From Alphaproteobacteria bacterium (lineage in GTDB: Bacteria; Pseudomonadota; Alphaproteobacteria; GCA-2731375), in NCBI GenBank assembly GCA_030747035.1, contig JASLLM010000001.1, forward strand, positions 1-61,732: a stretch of 61,732 nt of DNA, in the 5' to 3' direction. Of this stretch, positions 21,344 through 33,802 are shown one piece after another (position 1 is the stretch's first letter; every line of letters begins with the position of its first letter). The position numbers and the translations under genes are program-made. Under the pieces are notes generated by a model. It saw nothing but the letters and a program-made list of their open reading frames with translations. It was not told where the DNA came from and made no database searches.

Positions 21344-22624
21344 ATGTCAGACAGTAGCGAGGCCGCCACCGCATCACTGGAACAACCGGGCGGTGGCACG
21401 CCATCGGCTGCCTGGCCGGTCCGGGAACGCTGGACAGTCAGCCTGATCAGTGCCGGGCATTTCCTCAGCCATTTCTATGGTCTGGCCCTGCCACCACTGT
21501 TTCCCCTGTTAAAGGCGGAGTTCGGCGTCAGCTATACCGAGCTGGGCCTGGCCATGACCGCCTATGCCTTTCTGGGCGGATTGATTCAGGCCCCGGTGGG
21601 TTTTCTGGTCGATCGCCTGGGCCCGCGCCGGGTGCTGCTGGTGGGGCTTGGCCTGATCGCGGCGTCCATGCTGTTGATGGGTTTTGCCTCCGACTATTGG
21701 ATGTTGCTGGTTCTGGCTGTGTTGGCGGGCCTGGGCAACAGCGTCTTCCATCCCGCCGACTATGCCATTCTGTCCGGTTCCATCGATGACAGGCGGTTGG
21801 GCCGCGCCTTTTCGATCCATACTTTTTCCGGTTTCCTGGGCGGTGCCTGCGCGCCGGTTGCCATGCTGACCTTGGCCAGCCTAACCGATTGGCGCATGGC
21901 GCTGATCGTTTTTGGATTGGCCGGGCTGGTAACCATGGCCGCCATGATGTGGCGCTATGATGTCCTAGCGGGCGAGAATGAGGCCGCCCCCGCAACGACC
22001 GCCAACGAAACACAGCAGGCGAAAACCGGAAAGACGCCGAGAGGTTTGCATCTGTTGCTGACGGCGCCGGTTTTACTGTTCCTTTGCTTCAATATACTCT
22101 ACGGCATGGCCAGCGGCGGGCTGCTGGCATTCACGGTCAGTGCCTTGATGAACCTGCACGGACTGGACCTGGACCTGGCCAGCGCCGCCTTGACGGGACA
22201 CCTGTTCGGCGTGGTGGGCGGTATTCTTCTGGCCGGCATCATCGCCGACCGTTACTCAGCCCATCACATCGCCGCCGCCGGCGCCATGCTGTTGGCGGCG
22301 GCGGCGACCGTGCTGCCGGCGCTGTTAAGCCCGAGCGGCGTGGTCCTGGTGGCCATCATGATACTCAGCGGTATCGGCCTGGGCGCTGTCTTGCCACCGC
22401 GTGACCTGATGGTCCGCGCCCTGACCCCACCGGGCGAGACGGGCAAGGTATTCGGCTTCGTCTTCGTTGGCTACTCCGTGGGCATCAGCGCCGTCGCCGT
22501 GTTGTTCGGCTGGCTGTTGGACGGCGGCATGCCTTCGCTGGTCTTCACCCTATCCGCCGCCTTCGCAATCCTGGCGCTGATAGCGATCACCGCCGCCCAT
22601 GCCTTGACGCCACGGGACGGATAG
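21344..22624 (+). CDS. MFS transporter
   Basis: 426 aa and about 12 TM helices. Last gene of the co-directional cluster. Confidence 0.82.
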   Translation: MSDSSEAATASLEQPGGGTPSAAWPVRERWTVSLISAGHFLSHFYGLALPPLFPLLKAEFGVSYTELGLAMTAYAFLGGLIQAPVGFLVDRLGPRRVLLVGLGLIAASMLLMGFASDYWMLLVLAVLAGLGNSVFHPADYAILSGSIDDRRLGRAFSIHTFSGFLGGACAPVAMLTLASLTDWRMALIVFGLAGLVTMAAMMWRYDVLAGENEAAPATTANETQQAKTGKTPRGLHLLLTAPVLLFLCFNILYGMASGGLLAFTVSALMNLHGLDLDLASAALTGHLFGVVGGILLAGIIADRYSAHHIAAAGAMLLAAAATVLPALLSPSGVVLVAIMILSGIGLGAVLPPRDLMVRALTPPGETGKVFGFVFVGYSVGISAVAVLFGWLLDGGMPSLVFTLSAAFAILALIAITAAHALTPRDG

Positions 22625-22638
22625 CCGGAGGCAAGCCG

Positions 22639-25239
<2,601 letters not shown>

Positions 25240-25391
25240 TTTTACATCTCCGTTCAAGCGCGCCTTGCCACGGCCCCCATCGTACAGCCGAACAAAATTC
25301 GGAATACACAATTGGCGGGGCCGCCATCAACGCCTTGCAGTCAATGCCCGGTCCTTCTATGAAGCAACCACGGCAGTCCATAACATACTCT

Positions 25392-25422
25392 GAATATGGT
25401 GTTGCCCAGGCGCAACACAAGG
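25392..25422 (-). promoter_or_regulatory. Candidate sigma32 (RpoH)-type promoter for clpB
   Basis: The minus strand reads CTTGTGT-N13-CACCATAT, against the E. coli sigma32 consensus CTTGAAA-N13-15-CCCCATNT. About 150 nt upstream of the clpB ATG. Confidence 0.3.
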
Positions 25423-25465
25423 ACCTATCACGTTGCGAAACAACAGTTTTTAATTTGAGAATAAT

Positions 25466-26239
25466 ATGAGCCGTATTGCACAGATATTCCGTTATCCGGT
25501 CAAGGGATTAAGCCCGGAGCCAATGTCGAGGACCGAATTGTCGCCGGGCTGGGCCATCCCGCTGGACCGGGCCTTCGCCCTGGCCCACGGTTCGACCCAG
25601 TTCGATGCGACCAATCCAAAATTTCTGCCGAAGACGAAATTTCTGATGCTGGCCCGAAATGAGCGTCTGGCCGCATTGCAATGCCGCTATCAGGACGAGA
25701 CCCAGGAATTGGTTATTGAGCGGGACGGCAAACAGGTAGCCCGGGGCCGCCTGGATATGCCCGTGGGGCGGCAGATGATTGAGCAGTTTTTTGCCGCCTA
25801 CATGGCGGATGAAGTGCGCGGCAGCCCGAAACTGCTGCGCGCGCGCGATCATACTTTTTCCGATATGCCGCGCCATTGTCTGTCGCTGATCAATATTTCC
25901 AGCCTGCGGGAGTTGGAACGGGTGATGAAGGTGCCGCTGGACCCCCTGCGGTTCCGCGCCAATATCTATTTCGACACCGGCCTGCCCTGGCAGGAATTCG
26001 ACTGGTGCGACGATGATGGTGGGGCGGAGATCAGGATCGGTGAAGATGTCGTTGTCCGGGCAATCTCCAAGACCCAGCGCTGTGCGGCGACCAATGTTAA
26101 TCTGGAAACCGCCAGCCGCGACACCAACATACCGCTGCAACTACAGCAAGCGTTCGGCCACACTGATATGGGAATCTACGTGGAAGTGATCCGGGGCGGC
26201 AGCATCAAACCAGGCGATGCGGTCGCGCCGGAACAATAA
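25466..26239 (+). CDS. MOSC domain-containing protein (YcbX-like, no ferredoxin domain)
   Basis: N-terminal IFRYPVKGL beta-barrel motif. MOSC domain with conserved Cys (TQRCAATNV). Confidence 0.82.
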   Translation: MSRIAQIFRYPVKGLSPEPMSRTELSPGWAIPLDRAFALAHGSTQFDATNPKFLPKTKFLMLARNERLAALQCRYQDETQELVIERDGKQVARGRLDMPVGRQMIEQFFAAYMADEVRGSPKLLRARDHTFSDMPRHCLSLINISSLRELERVMKVPLDPLRFRANIYFDTGLPWQEFDWCDDDGGAEIRIGEDVVVRAISKTQRCAATNVNLETASRDTNIPLQLQQAFGHTDMGIYVEVIRGGSIKPGDAVAPEQ

Positions 26240-26269
26240 GTCTATCCACCACCACGACGGCGGCAAGCG

Positions 26270-27076
26270 CTAGCTGGTTTCAGCATCCTCGGCCAGGGCC
26301 GCCGCGGGGCTTTCATTTTCGCTTGTGGTCGCTTCGGCAGACGCCGTGTCAGGTGCCGGTGTGGGGCGGCGTCTGCGGCGTGGTTGACGGCGCGGGGCGG
26401 CTTCGTCGGCCGCCGGGCCATCCTGGCCCGCGTCATCGCCACCATCCCTTTTTTGGCGGCCACGCCCATTGGCGCCGTTACCACCGCGCGCCTTGCGCCC
26501 GCTTTCGGACATTGCCGCCAGTTCCGCCGGATTCATGGGCGCTTCCACGGCGCGCGCTTCCTCGGCTTCCTCCGGCTCATTGCCGCCAATATCCGTGGAT
26601 GCATCGTCGAGCGTGCCGGCCCCCGTGACAACAACAACACCAGTATCGTCATCAAGGCTTTCCGTGGCGGGGACGACCTTCGCCTCCTCCACCTTTGCCT
26701 CTTCCGCACCGTCGGGTCTTGCGCCATCGCCCTCGACTGCGGCAGCTTCATTGCCCCGGCCGCCGCGATTTTGCTGGCCACGGCCACGATTGTCGCGCTG
26801 ATCGCCTTCGCCAGCCTGCTGCTGCTGCTGTTTGTTCGCCTGCACCAGGCGGTAATAATGTTCCGCGTGCTGGAAAAAATTCTCCGCCGCGACGCGGTCG
26901 CCGGACAACATCGCATCACGTCCCAACGCCATGTATTTATCATACACGGTGGACGCCGTACCCCGGATTTTTACATCCGGTCCGCTGCTGTCGTAGCTTC
27001 GATTGGGGGAGTTGTTAAACCCCCTGCGACCGCTGGGACGGCCACGTCCCCGTCTTTGGGGTCCGCTCTGTCTCAT
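26270..27076 (-). CDS. DUF4167 domain-containing protein with a low-complexity acidic/Ala-rich C-terminus
   Basis: Basic RG-rich N-terminus followed by YDKYMALGRDAMLSGDRVAAENFFQHAEHYYR, the conserved alphaproteobacterial DUF4167 core. Confidence 0.75.
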   Translation of the reverse strand: MRQSGPQRRGRGRPSGRRGFNNSPNRSYDSSGPDVKIRGTASTVYDKYMALGRDAMLSGDRVAAENFFQHAEHYYRLVQANKQQQQQAGEGDQRDNRGRGQQNRGGRGNEAAAVEGDGARPDGAEEAKVEEAKVVPATESLDDDTGVVVVTGAGTLDDASTDIGGNEPEEAEEARAVEAPMNPAELAAMSESGRKARGGNGANGRGRQKRDGGDDAGQDGPAADEAAPRRQPRRRRRPTPAPDTASAEATTSENESPAAALAEDAETS

Positions 27077-27413
27077 AGCACCGTCTTGAGTTGTGTCTAC
27101 AATTCGAACACCAATTCAAGGTTCCCAAGATCGACACGCCAGCCTATTGGTTTTACCCCAATCCTGCCGCGGCATCGCCAACGGCGGATCTTTCGCCAAC
27201 GTCTTCAATCGAAGTTAGACATGCCATATGCGTTCGGGTTGTCTGTATTTTGCCGGCCCTAAAAATGGCCTCAGATTTCCAGACTGCAATGTGGGTATGT
27301 CTCTTGGGAACCGCCCGTCCCGTCACGACAGCGTTCCTACTGATCGCGATGGCCGTTCCTTGCCGTTCGCTAATGAACCTAGCCGCTGGCGGCGAAAAAA
27401 CCAACCCCTTTTT

Positions 27414-28284
27414 TTAGTTTCCAGTTGATAGAACGAAACAGCGCGCAACCCCGGCCAAATCGGAATGACGGCTTTCTACGGTCAAACCAACTCCTTTCAC
27501 AAGCCGCCGCAGCGGCGGGGTTTGGCCTTGGCCGCATTCCAGTACCGCCCGACCGCCACTTAACAGCAGCCTATACACATCCGGCAAGAGGGCGCGATAG
27601 GCCGCCAGGCCGTCCTCGCCGCCGTCCAGAGCCAAGCCGGGGTCGTGACGCCGAACCTCTGGTTCCAGAGCGGCAATATCCGCCGTGGGAATGTAGGGTG
27701 GATTGGCGACGATCAAATCAAACCCGCCCACCAGTCCCTGGCCCCAGTCACCGGCAATGAATCCTGCCCGCCGCTCCAGCCCAAGGTTGCGAGCATTCTC
27801 CCTCGCCAAATGGCCAGCTGCAGGAGAAATATCCACGCCCAGGCCCCAGGCCCGGGGCCGTTCGCTCAGCAGCGCCAGCAGCAGGCAGCCCGAACCGGTT
27901 CCGAAATCCGCAATTCGATACGCTCCGTCCTTTTCGGGCATTTGCTCCAATGCGGCTTCGACAACGGTTTCGCTGTCGGGGCGCGGATCGAGGACCGCCG
28001 GTCCTATCCGCAAATCAAGGCTCCAGAATTCCCGCCGGCCCAACAGGCGCGATACCGGCTGGCGCGCGGCGCGGGACGCGATCAATCGGGAAAATGCCTT
28101 TGCTTCCGCCTCGTTCAGCCGGCGCTCGGCCTCCCGGATCAAGGTAAGGCGGTCACCGCCAATGGCATGCGCCAGCAAAACCGCGCTGTCCAACGCGGTG
28201 TCCTCGATACCCGCGGTACGCAGATCCCGCCCGGCCGCCGCAAGGGCCTGGCGCAGGGTCAAACCTGGAGCAATTCCGCTACCA

Positions 28285-28292
<8 letters not shown>
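27414..28292 (-). CDS. prmC: Peptide chain release factor N5-glutamine methyltransferase
   Basis: SAM motif DFGTGSG and catalytic NPPY (ANPPYIP). Overlaps the prfA stop by 8 nt. Confidence 0.93.
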
Positions 28293-29360
<1,068 letters not shown>

Positions 29361-29364
<4 letters not shown>

Positions 29365-30608
29365 GACAGCAATTTTCGCAGATGGGTCCCTATATCGTCC
29401 AGAGCGACATCCTGCTGGCCGCCGTCGTCCAGGTCGCGCAGGGTGACGATACCCTTGGCGATTTCGTCATCGCCCAGGATCAAGGCCGCCCGGGCGTTCT
29501 GCTTGTTGGCCCGCTTCAGACGCCGGCTGAGGTTGCCGCGAAACGCCATATCAACCGTGAAACCGTCCCGGCGCAAGCCATGGCACAATTTCAGTGCCAG
29601 GCGCTCCGCCGCCTCCCCCAGGGGTACAAACGCGATGGGCCGGACCGGTGCGGGTGTATGTTCCGCCAGCATGCCCAGGCGCTCGATACCTCCCGCCCAG
29701 CCAATTCCAGGTGTGGGCGGGCCGCCCAGCATCTTGATCAGGCCGTCATAGCGCCCGCCCGCAATGACCGCGCCCTGGGAACCCAATGCGTCCGTAACGA
29801 ACTCAAAGGCCGTATGCGTATAGTAGTCCAGGCCCCGAACTAGGCGCTGGTTCAGATTGTAGGCGATGCCCAGCACATCCAAACCTTCGCAGACGGCGGC
29901 AAAAAAGTCCTTCGAGGCAGCATTTAAATAGTCTTTCATCAAGGGGGCGTCGGCGACAATCCGCTGGTCGCCCTCATCCTTGGAATCTAGAATTCGCATG
30001 GGGTTGCGCGTCAACCGATCCACGCTGTCCTCGGAAAGCTTGTCCTTGTGGTCCGAAAAGAACGCCACCAGCGCATCGCGGTAGGCCATGCGGCTTTCCG
30101 GATCGCCGAGGGTATTCAGCTCCAGCGTACAACGCTCCAGCACACCCAATTGATGCAGAATCTCGCCACCGAGGGTGATGATTTCGATGTCAGCGCCGGG
30201 ACCTTCGACGCCGAGGATCTCCGCGTCGATCTGATGGAATTGCCGTTGCCGGCCTTTTTGCGGCCGTTCATAGCGAAAGGCGGGACCATGGGCAAAAAAC
30301 TTCAGGGGCAAATCCTGCTGCATGCCGCCGGAAATGAAGGCCCGGCAGATCCCAGCCGTAAACTCAGGCCGTAGCGTGACGTCCTCGCCGCCACGGTCGG
30401 TAAAGGTGTACATCTCCTTGCGTACCACGTCCGAGCCTTCACCCATGGTGCGGGCGAACACGGGGGTGAACTCGAAAATCGGAATGTCGATATCGCCGAA
30501 GCCATAACGGTGGGCGCAATCGCGCGCGGTATCGACCACATGTTGGTGCCGCGCCGCGGTCTCGCCGACAATATCGTGGGTGCCACGCACCGATTGTATC
30601 TTTGCCAT
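29361..30608 (-). CDS. hisS: Histidine-tRNA ligase
   Basis: N-terminus VRGTHD, class II motifs ([21 protein letters not shown]). 415 aa. Confidence 0.95.
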
Positions 30609-30615
30609 ACTCGTC

Positions 30616-31722
30616 TTACTCCGCCGCCGTGGCCTTCAATTCCGCAAGTTTGTTTTCAACCAGCTCCACCACGTGATCGACGAAGCCTTCATCGCCAATC
30701 TTGTGATCGGCGACGCCGCTTAGATACACCATATGGGTGCCCCGGCCACCTCCCGTGACGCCGATATCGGTCTCCCGCGCCTCGCCCGGGCCATTAACCA
30801 CACAGCCCATGATCGACAGCGTCATCGGCGTTGCAATATGCGCCAAGCGCTGCTCCAGCGCTTCCACGGTCTTGATCACTGGGAAAGCCTGCCGGGCACA
30901 GGAGGGGCAGCTTACGATAGAGACCCCGCGATGGCGCAGCCCCAGGGCCTTCAATATTTCGAAACCGGCGTGAATCTCTTCCACCGGATCGGCGGATAGC
31001 GAGACCCGGATGGTATCGCCAATTCCGGCCCACAACAGGCTGCCCAATCCAATGGCGGATTTGACCGTACCGCCGCGCAGGCCGCCAGCCTCGGTAATAC
31101 CAAGATGCAGCGGATAATCGCAGGCCTCGGCCAGGCCCTGATAAGCGGCGACGGAGAGGAATACATCCGATGCCTTGACCGAAATCTTGAAATTCTCGAA
31201 GTTGTTGTCTTCCAGCAATCGGGCGTGATTGAGCGCGCTTTCCACCATCGCCTCCGGGCACGGTTCGCCATAACGTTCCAGCAGTTCCTTTTCCAGACTG
31301 CCGGCGTTGACGCCGATGCGCATGGAACAGCCGTTGGCCCGGGCCGCCTGCACGACTTCGCGGACCCGGCTTTCAGCACCTATGTTACCGGGATTGATGC
31401 GCAAACAGGCGGCACCATTGTCGGCGGCCTCCAGGGCCCGGCGATAGTGGAAATGAATATCCGCAATAATGGGCACGCTGGTTTGGTCGACAATCTGCCG
31501 CAGCGCCGCCGAGGATGCTTCGTCGGGACAGGAGACCCGGACAATATCTGCCCCGGCTTCCTCCAACGCGTGGATTTGCGCCACTGTCGCTGGAACATCG
31601 TGTGTCAGCGTCGTGGTCATCGACTGCACGCTGATCGGCGCGCCGCCGCCGACCGCGACGTCGCCAACCTGGACCTGCCGGCAGGACCGGCGGTGGATGT
31701 CGCGATAGGGACGCAGGCTCAT
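30616..31722 (-). CDS. ispG: 4-hydroxy-3-methylbut-2-en-1-yl diphosphate synthase (flavodoxin)
   Basis: [14 protein letters not shown]-terminal motif and C-terminal Fe-S cysteines (SCPSC...GCVVNGPGE). First ATG at 31722; the longest ORF begins with TTG at 31740. Confidence 0.94.
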   Translation of the reverse strand: MSLRPYRDIHRRSCRQVQVGDVAVGGGAPISVQSMTTTLTHDVPATVAQIHALEEAGADIVRVSCPDEASSAALRQIVDQTSVPIIADIHFHYRRALEAADNGAACLRINPGNIGAESRVREVVQAARANGCSMRIGVNAGSLEKELLERYGEPCPEAMVESALNHARLLEDNNFENFKISVKASDVFLSVAAYQGLAEACDYPLHLGITEAGGLRGGTVKSAIGLGSLLWAGIGDTIRVSLSADPVEEIHAGFEILKALGLRHRGVSIVSCPSCARQAFPVIKTVEALEQRLAHIATPMTLSIMGCVVNGPGEARETDIGVTGGGRGTHMVYLSGVADHKIGDEGFVDHVVELVENKLAELKATAAE

Positions 31723-31831
31723 GAATCGGCGCTCATTCAAGTTGGGCCGGTCGGTGCGGCCGCGGACGGGTAAGAAAGATGCAATAGCAGCAATTTGTTG
31801 CCGTTAACAGGCAAGATCAAGTTACTGAAAG

Positions 31832-33652
31832 CTAATTTCCTTGGGGGCGTTCGTCGGACGTGGGCCGCATCTCCCCGCGCAGATACTCAGCCGTCAGCTT
31901 GATATTGCGGCGCACCTGCCCCAAGGGTCCGAGCGTACCCAAGGCCTCGCCGTCCACCATAATCTCGATCGCACCAGCATTGCCGGTCATCAGGACCAGA
32001 TCGGTGCGGTTGGGCGCATGATAGCTGTCGCCGGGCCGCAACATGCGGGTCAGCAGCAATTCATTGTTGGCGCCCTGCACCTGGACCCAGGATTCGGCCC
32101 GTGCACGCAGCACGACCCGAACATCACGGTTGGAAGCGCCGTATATCTGCGGCCGATAGCCCAATGCGCCCGTCGTGGCGGTCCTGGACAGCCCCTCGAC
32201 GCCACTATCGGCGGTCCCTTCACCGCCCCCTTCCGAAAGCGGCCGGGCCGGCGCCGCCGGCGCCGCAGGTGGTGGTGGTGGTGTTATCGCGGCCTGGTCC
32301 GACGGCATCGCGGGCGCGGTATCCACATCGCTGCCCTCCCGCACTGATGACGATGATGCTAAATCCTGGTCAGCCGGCGGCGCCAACGATGCCTGTTCCG
32401 TCTCCGCCGCGGTCTGGGAAGGCTCGCCGTCAACCGGTCTGCTGACTGTGTCCAGGGTATTCAGACGTTCGGGGGCGCTATTAGCTGCAACATCCGTCGT
32501 TGGTTCATCGGCATCAACCGCGGAAGCGGATTCTACCGGTGCTTCCGTGGCGGGTTCGGTTGCGGGACTAACGGGCGCCTGGGTCGCGGACAGCTCCGAG
32601 GAACCAGCCGAGGCCGCCTCATTCCCAGCCGCCAGCTTCGTCGGGGGTGGCATTTCACCTATGTTAACGGCGCTATCCGGCGTGGCGGCGGAAATGCCGG
32701 CATTCGGTTCATCGGCCGCGTTCGCCAGCCCGCTGACATCGGCGGCGGCAGCTCGCTCCCCTTCATCGGAACTCTGCGTCGTAGCGGCCAGCGCCAGACT
32801 GCCGGCCTCATTTTCGCTGGCCGCGGCAGTGTTCTGTTCATCCGATTGACCCGACGCGCTGGCGCTAGGCGGCTCTGCCTGGGCGGATGCCGGCGGGGTC
32901 ACCGCCGGCGCGGCACTGGCCTCGGCGGCATTGGCCTGCGCGGGACTGGCGGCAGGCTGATCCACGGCCGGTATGCTGGAAACACTGGGCTCGGCTTCGG
33001 GTGAAGGCGGCACCATCGTGCTGCCCGTGCCGCTTCCCACCGAAGCTGTGTTGGCCATGGGCACCGGTGGCTTCCATGGCGCCGTCTCTGTCGCTGGCTT
33101 ATACGGCGCCAGTCGTTGCGGCGGCTCGGCCACGGTTTCGATCGGCAGTAGATCCCGCTGCTCCAGGAAGATCCAACCACAATAGACCGCGCCTGCAACC
33201 AATAATGAAATCAGCGCCAGGCTCAATCCCGGCCGCCGGGCCTCATCAAGGGGTTCAGGAAAGACCAGACGGCGGTCCACCGGAGGAAGGGTCACCTCGC
33301 GCTTGAACTGGCGAATAATTTCGTCGCCATCCAGGCCAAGATATTCGCTGTAGGTACGCAGGAACCCGACGGCATAGGTCGGCCCCGGCAGATCGTCTAT
33401 GCGGCCGTCCTCCAATGCCTCCAGATAGGCCAACTGGATGCGCAAGGTTGTCGCCACATCGGCCAGGGCAAGCTGCCTGCGCTGCCTTTCGGCGCGCATT
33501 TCGACGCCAACACCGTCGTAGACTTCCCCTTCGGCCTGTTCTTCGATTTGCGGCAAATGCAGTCCACGCGTCGTGCCCCGCGCCAAGCCGTCCCGGTCTC
33601 CCAGGCGCCCACCTTCCGCGGGCTGTTCATCCACGATCTTCCGATCAGTCAT
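31832..33652 (-). CDS. rodZ: RodZ-like cytoskeleton protein (HTH + TM + DUF4115) with a very long low-complexity linker
   Basis: XRE-type HTH (LADVATTLRIQLAYLEALEDG), one TM helix (LALISLLVAGAVYCGWIFL), C-terminal DUF4115-like beta domain. Lies next to ispG as in E. coli. Confidence 0.8.
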   Translation of the reverse strand: MTDRKIVDEQPAEGGRLGDRDGLARGTTRGLHLPQIEEQAEGEVYDGVGVEMRAERQRRQLALADVATTLRIQLAYLEALEDGRIDDLPGPTYAVGFLRTYSEYLGLDGDEIIRQFKREVTLPPVDRRLVFPEPLDEARRPGLSLALISLLVAGAVYCGWIFLEQRDLLPIETVAEPPQRLAPYKPATETAPWKPPVPMANTASVGSGTGSTMVPPSPEAEPSVSSIPAVDQPAASPAQANAAEASAAPAVTPPASAQAEPPSASASGQSDEQNTAAASENEAGSLALAATTQSSDEGERAAAADVSGLANAADEPNAGISAATPDSAVNIGEMPPPTKLAAGNEAASAGSSELSATQAPVSPATEPATEAPVESASAVDADEPTTDVAANSAPERLNTLDTVSRPVDGEPSQTAAETEQASLAPPADQDLASSSSVREGSDVDTAPAMPSDQAAITPPPPPAAPAAPARPLSEGGGEGTADSGVEGLSRTATTGALGYRPQIYGASNRDVRVVLRARAESWVQVQGANNELLLTRMLRPGDSYHAPNRTDLVLMTGNAGAIEIMVDGEALGTLGPLGQVRRNIKLTAEYLRGEMRPTSDERPQGN

Positions 33653-33802
33653 GGCATATACTTCCAGATTGGGCCCTGCCGGCCAACTTACACATACCGT
33701 AACTTACTTCCCCACGCCATCGCGCCGCCCGACGGCAGTTGCTGTGGATAACTTTATAATAACTTTTTATCAGATCAGGAAAAATCAAGCAAATGCAATA
33801 GT

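Noticed and set aside
26816-26830. Short trinucleotide runs: (CTG)5 at 26816-26830, which encodes QQQQQ in the DUF4167 protein, (GGT)5 at 32268-32282 and a GGC run at 19744-19758.
   Set aside because: They are in-frame low-complexity coding repeats of only five units. There is no evidence for phase variation.
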